Shown: one piece after another, positions 27,001 to 40,203 of the stretch
Layout: every line of letters begins with the position of its first letter
Position numbering within the stretch: the first letter of the stretch is position 1
Source: Mobula hypostoma
Taxonomy: Eukaryota
Length of the DNA stretch: 64,000 bases
Direction of reading: 5' to 3'
Assembly: GCF_963921235.1 (NCBI RefSeq)
Contig: NC_086097.1
Coordinates: forward strand, 108,564,001 to 108,628,000
Translations under genes and position numbers: made by a program
Notes under the pieces: model-generated
Database searches by the model: none
The model's input: the letters and a program-made list of their open reading frames with translations, nothing else
What the model was told of the DNA's origin: nothing

Positions 27001-27999
27001 TAGTGCAGGAAGCTACCAATAGGCCAGGGTGACCTTGCCACTTTAATTTGTCATTCCGCTCCCACTATCAAGTTCAGACAATTGTGCTTTCTCTGTCTGT
27101 ATCAGCTTTAGCTGGTTGTGTTGCAAATTATTATCAGTTTTGTCTCCTTTAGCAAGGGTTAGCATGCCAGGCCCTTGCGTAATAACCTTTATATTCTTTG
27201 TGTTTTGCTTTCTCCTTCTAACTGCCTTCATTAAACCATCAACAGCTTATCACCATGGCAACCAAGACCACGCCCTACCAAAGAGGATTTCTTTTGTACC
27301 ATGGCATCCCTCTCTCCTCTGTCCTTTCTGCAACTTGAAACTAACTTGTTTTCTTGTTCCCAGTTTCCATGAAGGGCCCTCAACTAGAAGAATTAACATT
27401 GTTTATCTTTCCATTGATGTAGCCAGCATTTCTGTTCTTATTTCAGATTTCCAGTAACCTGCAGTGCTTTTTAACATTTCACCACCTTTTGTGTCTTTAT
27501 TAAATTTTGCTTCAGCGTTTCCCATCTTTTGCTGTAATTTTTTTTACATATGCTCTGTGACTTAGAAGTTTCTTTGTACCAGTGCTCCTAATCTCTTTCT
27601 TGAAAAAGGCATTAGAATTGACTCTCTCCCCACAGAATGATCATCATCTGATCTAATGTTATAGCCTGTGTCTGGTCCAGTTGAATTTCAGGCCAGTAAT
27701 GAATCCCCACCCTCCAGATGTTGATAATAAATTAGGCAATGATAATACCTTTGAATGTGCTTAGAGGATTCCTAGTGTTACTTAATACCACCTTTGCCAC
27801 TGTATCATATCCTGTCCTACTGGCAAGGACATACCGAGAGATTATGGAAGAGGAGATGTGCTGTCTGCAAGCATTACAATGCAAGGGACAACCTTTCCAA
27901 TTTCAACACCAGCCTGGACTTGTTTGTTGGAAACCTTTACAAAGTTGACTGAGCTGAGGTTGAGTTTGCCAATCAGAATTTGGTTCCTACGTGGATGCT

Positions 28000-28660
28000 A
28001 AAAGTTCAAAGTAAATTTTATTATCAAAGTTCATATATGTTACTATATACAATCCTGGGATTCATTTTCCTGTGGGCATACACAGCAAATCTATAGAATA
28101 GTAACTATAACAGGATCAATGAAAGATCAACCAGAGAAAAACACTGCAAATGCAAATATAAATAAATGGCAATAATAACAAGAGCATGAGATAACAAGAT
28201 AAAGAATCCTTAAACTGAGATCATTGGTTGTCATTGTAGTTCAGGAGCCTGATTATTGTGGAGTAGTAACTGTTCTTGAACTTGGTGGTGCAAGTCCTGA
28301 GGCTCTTGCACCTTCTACCTGATGGCAGCAGCGAGAAAAGAGCATGGCCTGGGTGGTGAGGATCTCTGATGAATGCTGCTTTCCTACGACAGCATTTCAT
28401 GTAGATGTGCTCAATGGTTGGGAGGACTTTACCCATAATGTACTGGACCAAATCCACTACTTTTTGGATGATTTTCCATTCAAGAACATTGGTGTTTCCA
28501 TGCCAGGCCATGATGCAGCCAGTTAATACACTCTCCAGTACACATCTGTAGAAATTTGTCAAAGTTTTAGATGTCATGCCAAATCTCTGAAGACTCTTAA
28601 CGAAGTAGGGTTGCTACTGTTCTTTCTTCACAATTGCACTTACATGCTGGGTCCAGGACA
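28000..28660 (-). mobile_element. Rex1/Babar LINE 3' fragment
   Basis: LTNFYRCVLESVLTGCIMAWHG...RDPHHPGHALFSLLPSGRR. Confidence 0.85.
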
Positions 28661-30221
28661 GAAAATAATGAGGTGAATGCATTTAATTCTTTCCATGCTT
28701 GAATGTAACATTATTGGTGCAGTCAGGGTCTTTTCAGAGGACTTTTAAGAGTCATTATGATACATAATCACTGGACCATAAAATTTGAGGCAGACATTTA
28801 TAATGCTGTTTTCTGTCAGTCTTTAAATTGTTCCCCATCTTTTACGATGGGTCCTGATGACATCACCGAGCTTTGACCTGATCTAATGTTTGTGGAATTC
28901 CTGAGCTTCCTCATCTCACCTCGGCTTTATAAAGTTGTCCTGCATTCAGATGGCACTTCAGTTTTACTGTCATTAGTGCTGTCGTGGCACAGTTTTCTAC
29001 ACTCCATGAAAGAGGGCTCATCTCCTGATCTAAAGGATCTATTCTAGTGAGGAATGTGGTGGCCCATGATTTGACATTATAATGGCATACATTTCCCCTA
29101 CTGCTGATATCCCATAATGTCTCATGAATGTTCGACCCAGATACTGCAAATTTCATAAACACATCAGAATAAGTGTCTACATATAAGCCAGCAAAGATTC
29201 TGAGCAGTTAGCCGTACAGTGAATAGCAGCCGAATCCATAATCCAGACCATTACCTATCTGGTCCTTTTCAGAGTGCTATTTGAGGGACTTTGCTGGGTG
29301 CAGATTAGTTTTCTCATCATGCTGAGAATGACTGCTCTTACAATATTATTTCATTGGGCATAAAATGCTGGAAGTCCCCTGGGGACAAAGAAATCAGTAT
29401 AGGAAATATTATTCTTACACCATGTTAGAAGTTTGTTCAACAAAATGCAATGTTGTCGATATTGACTATGTATTAGTTGGAGAGAGCAGTCACAGCCAAT
29501 TTTGAACTTATCCATATACAATCAAGATATGTGGCTATTCATGTTCACAGCAAAAGATTTGTTTATAGAAAATGAGGTACAGTAAAGATGAGAATTTCTC
29601 TTTTGCCTCAGGATTTCTCATTAGCTGCTTGTCTTTATGCACTTGCAGTTGAGGGGGAATGTTTAATCCAAATTACCCAGTTTGTCCACACCAAATTGTC
29701 CTTTTCTGTCACATTGGCGTTTACAGGAAAAATGGAGTTGGGTTAAATATAGATTTCTACTAGAGCTGGGTAATTTACAACAAACTGCACCATCCATAAT
29801 GTTTGTCCCATGAAGAATTCCAGAGCGGAGGGGACAGGGATAATATAGGAGTCTGGTAGCCTTAAGGTTATTCTGAATGCCAAGAAATTAAGAATTAAAA
29901 TAATCATGTTTAAATGTATATGGTGTGTGATATGGCAACAGATTACTTGTTATGGATATATAAAACCTTTCAGTATAGAAATGGGTCCTTCCGCATGCTG
30001 ACCAAATGCCTATCCCATTTGGCTGTGTTCTTCATATCCCCCTAACCTTTCCTATCCAAGTACCTGTCAAATGTACCCACTTTTACCATTTCCTCTGGCC
30101 ACCCATTCCATTTACTTAAAGAGAATGAGGAGCAACTGTATCGTGCTTAAAATGATGAAAGATATAAATAGGGCAGATGGTAACAGACATCCCCAGGGTA
30201 GAGTAGAGGAGGGGTGAAGCA

Positions 30222-31140
30222 GGTACATAGAACAGTACAGGCCCTCCGGCCTACAATTCTGTGCCAACTTTTTAAACTACTCTAAGATTAATTCTAACCC
30301 TTCCCTCCCACATAGAATTGATATGCCTATGCAAGAGTTTCATATATATATATATCTGCCTCACAAGTACCCCTGGCAGTTAAACACACCTGTCACTCTA
30401 CCTCCTAATCTTCTATACATAACACCTATACTTTCCTCCCAACACCTTAAAGTTATGCTCGCTCGTATTAACCATTTCTGCCCTGAGGAAAAAGTCTCTG
30501 GCTATCCACTCTATCTACGCCTCTTGTACACATCTATCAAGTCACCTCTCAACTTCCTTCACTCCAGAGAGAAAAGCCCTAGCTCACTCAACCTATCCTC
30601 ATAAGGCATGCTGTAATCCAGGCACCATCTGGTAAATTTCTCCACCCTTTCTAAAGCTTCTACATCCTCCCTAAAATGAGGTGACAGAACTGAATGCAAT
30701 ACTCTGCGTGGTCTAACTAGAGTTTTTTAGAGCCGCAGCATTACCTCACAGCTCTGAACTGAATCCCCTGACTAATGAAGGCCAGCTTTGTTAGGGTGGT
30801 TACACCTTCTTAACCACCCTATCAGCTTGCATGGTAACTTTGAGGGATCTATGGACCTAGACCTCTGTTCTTCCACACTGCTAAGAATCTTGCCATCAAC
30901 CTTGTAGTTTGCTTTCAAGTTCGACTTTCCAGAGTATATCATTTCACGCTTTCCGTATTGAACTCTATTTGCCACTTCTCAGTCCATCCCTGCACCTATC
31001 TATGTCCCATTGTAACCTATGATCCACAACATCACCAATCTTCGTGTCATCTGCAGACTTACTAACTCACCCTTGCATTTCCAAGTCATTTATAATAATC
31101 ACACAGCAACGGTCTCAGAACAGTTTCCTGCAGAACTTTG
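30222..31140 (-). mobile_element. Older CR1 LINE (continues at about 32757-36590), host to several nested insertions
   Basis: Reverse-complement CR1 tail and ORF2 motifs; upstream CR1 sequence resumes after the nested elements. Confidence 0.7.
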
Positions 31141-31142
31141 GT

Positions 31143-32755
31143 GGTCACCACCTTTCTGGAGCATGTTGATATTAAGGGAGAGGAGGTGTTGGAGTTATTA
31201 AAATACATTAGGATGGATAAGTTCCCAGGGCCTGATGGAATATTCCCCAGGCTGCTCCACGAGGCGAGGGAAGAGATTGCTGAGCCTCTGGCTGAGATCT
31301 TTATGTCCTCGTTGTCTACGGGAATGGTACCGGAGGATTGGAGGGAGGCGAATGTTGTCTCCTTGTGCAAAAAAGGTAGTAGGGATAGTCCGAGTAATTA
31401 TTAGACCAATGAGCCTTGCGTCTGTGGTGGGAAAGCTGTTGGAAAAGGTTCTTAGAGATAGGATCTGTGGGCATTTAGAGAATCATGGTCTGATCAGGGA
31501 CAGTCAGCATGGCTTTGTGAAGGGCAGATCATGTCTAACAAGCCTGATAGAGTTCTTTGAGGAGGTGACCAGGCATATAGATAAGAGTAGTGAAGTAGAT
31601 ATGATCTATATGGATTTTAGTAAGGCATTTGACAAGGCTCCACATGGTAGGTTTATTCAGAAAGTCAGAAGGCATGGAATCCAGGGAAGTTTGGCCAGGT
31701 GGATTCAGAATTTGGCTTGCCTGCAGAAGGCAGAGTGTGGTGGTGGAGGGAGTACATTCGGATTGGAGGGTTGTGACTGGTGGTGTCCCACAAGGATCAA
31801 CTCTGGGACCTCTACTTTTCGTGATTTTTATTAACAACCTGGATGTGGGGGGTAGAAGGGTGGGTTGGCAAGTTTGCAGACGACAGAAAGGTTGGCGGTG
31901 ATGTAGATAGTGTAGAGGATTGTTGAAGATTGCAGAGAGATATTGATAGGTTGCAGAAGTGGGCTGAGAAGTGGCAGATGGAGTTCAACCCGGAGAAGTG
32001 TGAGGTACACTTTGGAAGGACAAACTCCAAGGCAGAGTACAAAGTAAATGGTAGGATATTTGGTAGTGTGGAGGAGCAGAGGGATCTGGGGCTACATGTC
32101 CACAGATCCCTGAAAGTTGCCTCACAGGTAGATTGGGTAGTTAAGAAAGTTTATGAGGTGTTAGTTGTCATAAGTCAAGGGATAGGGTTTAAGAGCCGCG
32201 AGGTAATGATGCAGCTCTATAAAACTGTGGTTAGGCCGCACTTGGAGTATTGTGTCCAGTTCTGGTCGCCTCACTATAGGAAGGATGTGGAAGCATTGGA
32301 AAGGGTACAGAGGAGATTTACCAGGATGCTGCCTGGTTTAGAAAGTATGCATTATGATCAGAGATTAAGGGAGCTAGGGCTTTACTCTTTGGAGAGGAGG
32401 AGGATGAGAGGAGACATAATAGAGGTATACAAGATATTAAGAGGAATAGATGGAGTGGATAGCCAGCGCCTCTTCCCCAGGGCAGCACTGCTCAATACAA
32501 GAGGACATGGCTTTAAGGTAAGGGATGGGAAGTTCAAGGGGGATATTAGAGGATGGTTTTTTACTCAGAGTGGTTGGTGTGTGGAATGCACTGCCTGAGT
32601 CAGTGGTGGAGGCAGGTACACTAGTGAAATTTAAGAGACTACTAGACATGTATATGGAGGAATTTAAGGTGGGGGGTTATATGGGAGGCAGGGTTTGAGG
32701 GTCGGCATAACAATGTGGGCAAAGGGCCTGTACTGTGCTGTACTATTCTATGTTC
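31143..32755 (+). mobile_element. Young 5'-truncated CR1 LINE
   Basis: [52 protein letters not shown] and a CR1 tail, with few frameshifts. Confidence 0.93.
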
Positions 32756-33072
32756 GGCACAGCCAAGTATCCCTGGATCCCATGCCTCCTGACTTTCTGA
32801 ATGAGTCCACCAGGGGAACGTTATTAAATGCCTTTATAAAATCCATGTACACCACTGCCTTCAAAAATATGTTTTATCACTTCCTCAAATAATTCATATC
32901 AGATGCATGAGGTACCACTGATGTAAGACTCTAATCCCAAGATTATCGCCATTACCTTTCTTGAAATAAAGGATAACATTTACCACCCTCCAATTTCTGG
33001 TGCTGCTCCTGTGGCCAGTGAGGACTCAAAGATCGTCACAGCAATCTATTCCCTCACTTCCCGTAGTAACTT

Positions 33073-33505
33073 AGACAATAGACAGAAGGTGCAGGAGTAG
33101 GCCATTCGGCCTTTCAAGCCAGCACCGCCATTCACTGTGATCATGGCTGATCATCCACAGTCAATATCCAGCTCCTGCCTTATCCCCGTAACCTTTGATT
33201 CCGCTATCTTTAAGAGCTCTATCCATCTCTTTCTTGAAAGCATCCAGAGACTTGGCCTCCACAGCCTTCTAGGACAGAGCATTCCATATATCCACCACTC
33301 TCTGGGTGAAAAAGTTTTTCCGCAACTCCGTTCTAAATTGCCTACCCCTTGTTCTTAAACTGTGGCCTCTGCTTCTGGACTCACCCATCAGCGGGAACAT
33401 GCTTCCTGCCTCCAGCGTGTCCAATCCCTTAATAATCTTAAATGTTTCAATAAGATCCCCTCTCAGCCTTCTAAATTCCAGAGTATACAAGTCCAGTTGC
33501 TCCAA
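33073..33505 (-). mobile_element. CR1 LINE 3' fragment
   Basis: LEFRRLRGDLIETFKIIKGLD...RGHSL...NFFTQRVV. Confidence 0.88.
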
Positions 33506-33686
33506 TCTTGGAGTATATCCTGACCAGTCCTGAAGTCTTATCTATTCCAATGTTTTTCAAAAGTTCCAGCACATCCTCTTTCTTAACGTCAACATGAAGA
33601 AAGCTCTCCAAAGTCCATATCAGCCTGTTTTATGCTGTTTTCACAAATGTCAAGAAGCCTCTCATTGAGAATACTGAAGCAAAGTA

Positions 33687-35878
33687 CAGTGGATTCTGGT
33701 TAATTGGCGCACATTGGGACCAGTACAGTTCAGCTCAATTAAGTGGCTGCCCCAATTAGCTGAAGTATCATAGAAATAGTTAAAAATGTATTTGAAAAAA
33801 AAGACAAACTACAGTTTTATAAAATACAGAACAAATTAGAACACTAACAATACTACAACAGAACTATAAAACCGTATCAAAGTTCTAATAGCTGTCAGTG
33901 AAGGAATTCATTCAGAGTACATAATGCATTATACTGCAAGACATATTTCACGCTGTATGCCAGTGGTATTAAACTTGATTCAGATTCTTTTGACTGTAAA
34001 TGAACAAAGTCAGCACAGACACCTACTGTAGGTAATGGGCTGCTTTCATACAATGCTGTCAATGATTGCATCCTCCAAATGTTCAATTTCATACCTTCAA
34101 ATTCTTTGTAGGTCCTAACTTGTTGAAGGAGGAAATAATTTCATTTTAACTCCCAGCCATTTCTGGCATCTCCAAGCCTGAAATCACTGTTTTCTGAACA
34201 CAAGCATACATAGCCGGCACTATTTTAAAGCATGGTATGGTGTATTAACGGCCATAGGAGTACATGCATCTGACAACACACATAAAAGTTGCTGGTGAAC
34301 GCGGCAGGCCAGGCAGCATCTCTAGGAAGAGGTGCAGTCGATGTTTCAGGCCGAGACCCTTCGTCAGGACTAACTGAAGGAAGAGTGAGTAAGGGATTTG
34401 AAAGTTGGAGGGGGAGATCCAAAATGATAGGAGAAGACAGGAGGGGGGAGGGATGGAGCCAAGAACTGGACAGGTGATAGGCAAAAGGGATACGAGAGGA
34501 TCATAGGACAGGAGGTCCGGGAAGAAAGACAAGGAGGGGTGGGGGGTGGACCCAGAGGATGGGCAAGGGGTATATTCAGAGGGACAGAGGGAGAAAAGGG
34601 AGAGTGAGAGAAAGAATGTGTGTATAAAAATAAGTAACAGATGGGGTATGAGGGGGAGGTGGGGGCATTAGCGGAAGTTAGAGAAGTTGATGTTCATGCC
34701 ATCAGGTTGGAGGCTACCCAGACGTTGGGTAGCCTCCAACCTGATAAGGTGTTGTTCCTCCAACCTGAGTGTGGCTTCATCTTTACAGTAGAGGAGGCCG
34801 TGGATAAACATGTCAGAATGGGAATGGGATGTGGAATTAAAATGTGTGGCCGCTGGGAGATCCTGCTTTCTCTGGCGGACAGAGCGTAGGTGTTCAGCAA
34901 AGTGGTCTCCCAGTCTGCGTTGGGTCTCGCCAATATATAAAAGGCCACATCGGGAGCACCGGACGCAGTATATCACCCCAGCCGACTCACAGGTGAAGTG
35001 TTGCCTCACCTGGAAGGACTGTTTGGGGCCCTGAGTGGTGGTAAGGGAGGAAGTGTAAGGGCATGTGTAGCACTTGTTCCGCTTACACGGATAAGTGCCA
35101 GGAGGGAGATCAGTGGGGAGGGATGGGGGGGACGAATGGACAAGGGAGTTGCGTAGGGAGCGATCTCTGCGGAATGCAGTGGGGGGGAGGGAAAGATGTG
35201 CTTAGTGGTGGGATCCCGTTGGAGGTGGCGGAAGTTACGGAGAATAATATGTTGGACCTGGAGGCTGGTGGGGTGGTAGGTGAGGACCAGGGGAACCCTA
35301 TTCCTAGTGGGATGGCGGGAGGATGGAGTGAGAGCAGATGTACATGAAATGGGGGAGATGCGTTTAAGAGCAGAGTTGATAGTGGAGGAAGGGAAACCCC
35401 TTTCTTTAAAAAAGGAAGACATCTCCCTCGTCCTAGAATGAAAAGCCTCATCTTGAGAGCAGATGCGGCGGAGACGGAGGAATTGCAAGAAGGGGATGGC
35501 GTTTTTGCAGGAGACAGGGTGAGAAGAGGAATAGTCCAGATAGCTGTGAGAGTCAGTAGGCTTATAGTAGACGTCAGTGGATAAGCTGTCGACAGAGACA
35601 AGAGACAGAAAGATCTAGAAAGGGGAGGGAGGTGTCGGAAATGGACCAGGTAAACTTGAGGGCAGAGTGAAAGTTGGAGGCAAAGTTAATAAAGTCAACA
35701 TGCATCTGACGCTAGTTAGAAACTTTGGCAATAGTGTTTTGCCCCAGTTAAATGACATTGTGTCCTAAATAAATTAAGGGAATCCTGGTTATTCTCTTGA
35801 ATAGTTTTTTCTTTAAGAGTTGTCCTAAATAAGTGGCTGTCCCAATTAACAGATAACCTAATTAACCAGATTCAACTG
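33687..35878. mobile_element. Tigger/pogo-like non-autonomous DNA transposon interrupted by a Penelope
   Basis: TA|CAGTGGATTCTGGTTAATT ... AATTAACCAGATTCAACTG|TA: TIRs with TA TSDs. Confidence 0.85.
34275..35697 (-). mobile_element. 5'-truncated Penelope-like retroelement (RT C-terminus, GIY-YIG endonuclease, hammerhead at 34335-34376)
   Basis: FTCESAGVIYCVRCSRCGLLYIGETQRRLGDHFAEH and QFLRLRRICSQDEAF. 13-bp TSD ACATGCATCTGAC at 34262-34274 and 35698-35710. Confidence 0.93.
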
Positions 35879-36589
35879 TATCCTCTCCTACCTCTTTTGA
35901 CTCCAAGCACATGTTCTGTCTTTTATACCTGATCGGTCCTACCCTCACTCTATCATGTTCTTGCTCTTCACATGCGTGTAGAAAGCCTTGGGGTTTTCCT
36001 AAACCTTACTTGCCAAGACCTTCTCATGTCCCCTTCTAGCTCTCCAAAGTCTATTCTTGTGCTCCTTCCTGGCTACACTGCAGCTCTCATGAGCCCTGTT
36101 TGATCCTTGCTTCCTCAACCTTAAATGTGCTGCTTTCTTCCCCTTGACTAAATGTTCCACATCTCATGTTAACCATGCTTTCTTTATCCTACTATCCTTT
36201 CCCTGCCTCAATGGGGAAACCCTTGCAAAACCCCATGCAAGAGCTTCCCGAGCAACCTCCACATTTCTCTTGCTTTCCCCCAAGTATATCCATTCCCTAT
36301 TTACCCTCCCAAGTTCTTGCCTAATAGCAATCATAATTTGCCTCTTCTCTCTCCCCCTCCCCAAATACTTTTACATACCATCTATGCCTATCCCTGTCCT
36401 GGGCTTTGGTAAAGGTCAGGGAGTTGTGGTCACTGTCTCTGAAATGCTCATCCACTAAAGAGATCTGACACCTGCCTGGTTCATTACCGAGCAGCAGATC
36501 CAGTGTGGCCTCTCCTCTCATCTGTCTGTCTACATATAATGACAAGAATCCTTCTTGGACTTGCCTAACAAATTTTGCCCCATCTAATT

Positions 36590-37410
36590 TTGGGACATTG
36601 ATAGGATGCAGAACTGGGCTGAGAAGTGGCAGATGGAGTTCAACCCAGATAAGTGTGAGGTGGTACATTTTGGTAGGTCAAATATGATGGCAGAATATAG
36701 TATTAATGGTAAGACTCTTGGCAGTGTGGAGGGTCAGAGGTATCTTGAGGTCCGAGTCCATAGGACACTCAAAGCTGCTATGTAGGTTGACTCTGTGGTT
36801 AAGTAGGCATACGGGGCATTGGCCTTCATCAATCGTGGGATTGAGTTTAAGAGCTAAGAGGTAATGTTGCAGCTATATAGGACCCTGGTCAGACCCCCCT
36901 TGGAGTACTGTGCTCAATTCTGGTCGCCTCACTACAGGAAGAATGTGGAAATCATAGAAAGGGTGCAGAGGAGATTTACAAGGATGTTGCCTGGATTGGG
37001 GAGCATGCCTTATGGGAATAGGTTGAGTGAACTATCGGGAGGATGAGAGGTGACCTGATAGAGATGTACAAGATAATGAGCGGCATTGATAGTGTGGATA
37101 GTCAGAGGCTTTTTCCCAAGGCTGAAATGGCTAGCATGAGAGAGCATAGTTTTAAGGTGCTTGAAAGTAGGTACAGAGGAGATGTCGGGGGTAATTTTTT
37201 TTTTAAGCAGAGAGTGGTGAGTGCGTGGAGTGGACTGCTGGCGGCGGTGGTGGAGGCAGAAACGATAGGGTCCTTTAAGAGACTCCTGGGTGGATACATG
37301 GAGCTTAGAAAAATAGAGGGCTATGGGTAAGCCTAGGTAGTTCTAAGATAAGGACGTGTTCGGCACGGCTTTGTGGGCTGAAGGGCCTGTATTGTGCTGT
37401 ATGTTTTCTA
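36590..37410 (+). mobile_element. CR1 LINE 3' fragment (same subfamily as 9568-10918)
   Basis: DIDRMQNWAEKWQMEF...LEYCAQFWSPHYRK; the 3' tail closely resembles the reverse complement of 9570-9700. Confidence 0.9.
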
Positions 37411-40122
37411 TGTTTCTTCTGTCTAAACTTTTGCCTGAAGAAGGTGCCAGTCAATATTGAAGAAGTTGAAGGCAGCCATGATACCATGGTTGTTATATTT
37501 GCACTTTTCTAAAATCTGTCTCCTGGTTTGATCCTCATTGTCACTGTTGCCGTTGGGGGTCTAAAGAATACTTCTCATGGAGTGATTGCTCCTTTCCTGT
37601 TTCTGACTTGCATCTGCACTATGTAGTAGCTGATCCCCTTCTGACATCCTCTCTTTCTGCAGGTGTGATACCATCCCTGATTAGCAATCAGCTGCTCCCC
37701 CACCTCTTTTACCTCCCTCTCTGTCCCTTTTGAAACATCTAAACCCTGGAACATCCAGTAGCCCAGTAGCTATTTCTGCCCTTGTGACAACCCAGTCTCT
37801 GATATGGCCAAAAAGGTGTAGTTCCATGTACTGCTCCATGCTATAAGTTCATCACCCTTGTTCCCGATATCTTGCATTAAAGTAGATACTTTTCAACCCA
37901 TCCAATTGACTGTAATTATGCACTGTCCAATGCCTGTCGTTCCTTACAGTCTCCCTATGTATTGCATCTACCTTTACACCAACTGCTCCATCGTTTGACC
38001 TATTGCTCTGGTTCCCTTCCCCCTGTCAAACTGGTTTTAAAGCCTCCCCAGCAGCTCTGGCAAGCCTGTCTACAAGGATATTGGTCTCCCTAAAGTCTGC
38101 ATGTAACCCGTCCCTTCTTTACTGATCTTGCATTCACTAGAAGAGGTCCCAATGATCCAGAAATCTGGAACTATTATATCCCTATCACCACTGCACTCCT
38201 CTTTTTTTCCCCCCCTTCCCATCTGAGCAAGAGCCATGCTCAGTCCCTGGTGTGTCATCGTTCCCAAGAGTCCAAAGTGGCATATTTGTTATTGAGGGGA
38301 AAGGGTTCTCTGCACTGCCTGCCTGTTGCTTTTCTCTCTCATGAGGCACCCAGCTACCTGGCTCCTCCAACTTTGGGGGTGACTACCTCCCTGTAGCTCC
38401 TTTCACTTCCTCATTCAACTGAATGAGCTGTAGGTCAGCTCCAGCTCCAGTTCTCTAACACAGTCTGTAACAAGCTGCATCCAGATGCAGTTCTCACTGA
38501 TATAGCAATCAGGGAGAGTGGAGGTCTCTCAGATCTTCCACATCTTGCAACAGGAGCACACAACTGACCTAGATCCATTCACACTGTTCTAGCTAGGCAC
38601 TAATTTTTTTAAAAATGGAGGAACTTAACAGAAGTTTCAATCTGGCTTCCATCTTGCCAAAGCCTCAGTTCCCCAATCTAACTCTGTCCACTTCTGCTAC
38701 GTCTGCTTTACTTAAACCTCACTATTAGTTTTATTGGCCCTTGCCAATTGCCTAATAGCCCAAGTATCTCAACCTCTGCAAAAAATCCTAACAGACCTGG
38801 TTTGTTCTTTCAGTCTGGTGCTGGAGATATGAGGTAGAATAGAAGCACTTGGACAGGTACGTGAAAGGGCTTGGAGTGATATGGGTTCAATGCAGGAAAT
38901 TGGTACTAATTAGGTAACATGGTCACCATAGACTGGTTGGACCAAACATCTTATATCCATGCTGTGTTCCTCTGTGACCTCTTGTGGAAAAACTTGCCCC
39001 TCACCATCTATGGCCTCTAGTTTTACACTCCACTATGCTGTGGAAAAGACAATAGCAATCTACCTTAAAATATGACCCCATATTTCTGTAAATCTCTTTA
39101 AGTTTACTCCTCAGGCTTCATCACTTCAAGGAAAGTAGTCCTAGACAGTCCAATCTCCTCATATAACTCAAGCCCTCCAGTGTATTCCTGTGTAACTCCT
39201 CTGCCCCCTCCCTAGCTTAATCACATCCTTCCTGTTCATTAAATAAATTCTGATGTAAGCATAACTACTGTTGAAAATTGGTCTGCCTGCCACTTCTCAT
39301 TGTTGTTACACTTGAGTGACAGATGCTTGAAATGCAACAATATTCAGGTTTATGTTAAGAAATTGTGATCACATTATTTGGGCTTAGAAAGATATGCATA
39401 GAATGTAGTTCCAATTGTTTTTAGATGAATACAGTTGTCTCTGCTGGTTTGAAAAGGCAACGTGAATAATGATTCTGGATTCACAATCCACAATTGTACA
39501 CAAATTTAATCCACAATTGTACACTGTTTTAATCTTGGTTGTTATGAGTTGTTTGGGGTAAATGAAATGAAGAATGTAAGCTATGAGAATTGATCTTGGT
39601 ACCAAAATTCTGTTTCATATTATTTCAGAATGTCTTACATTTCCAGCATTATCATTTCATTTTAAGTGCAGCAATTTAAAAAAAAGGTTTTAGGATTTCC
39701 CTTTCCAGGTATTAATTGCAGAAAAAATCTTTATGATCAGTGTATTATAATATTTGAAAGAAACTTATTTGTGTAAGTTATCTGGACAGCTCTTTGTGAA
39801 TAATATTTTTCAAACAGTGTTGCATGAAAATTAATGACCTTTTTATGATAGATTATGATAGACTTCCAGTATTTCACTATTTAAAAGCATTTCAACATAT
39901 TATCTAACGATTTTCAGGTACCATATGGGTTTTTAACAGCCTAACTTAACCTTAGTTTTTGCTGATTTCCTTCCTCCACAAGTCCCACAAAACTGCCTTT
40001 ATTTCTTTAAAGCTCCATTCCAGACTTAATATTCCTGTTTTTCTGTCCATAATCTTCATCTATATATTTATTCCTTTTTTAAAATGTTAGTGGAATTGTT
40101 TTCTTCCTGTCTCTGTATTTAG

Positions 40123-40203
40123 GTAGTATCAGTGACTGAGTACCATCGCAGGATCGATGCTCTTAACACTGAAGAACTGTGCAAGCTCTGCAGACGTCTC
40201 AAG
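40123..40203 (+). CDS. OXR1: OXR1 81-nt cassette exon VVSVTEYHRRIDALNTEELCKLCRRLK
   Basis: Pyrimidine tract plus AG at 40121-40122; donor AAG|GTGCCC. The peptide closely matches the vertebrate OXR1 segment VVSVAEYHRRIDALNTEELRTLCRRLQ. Confidence 0.93.
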
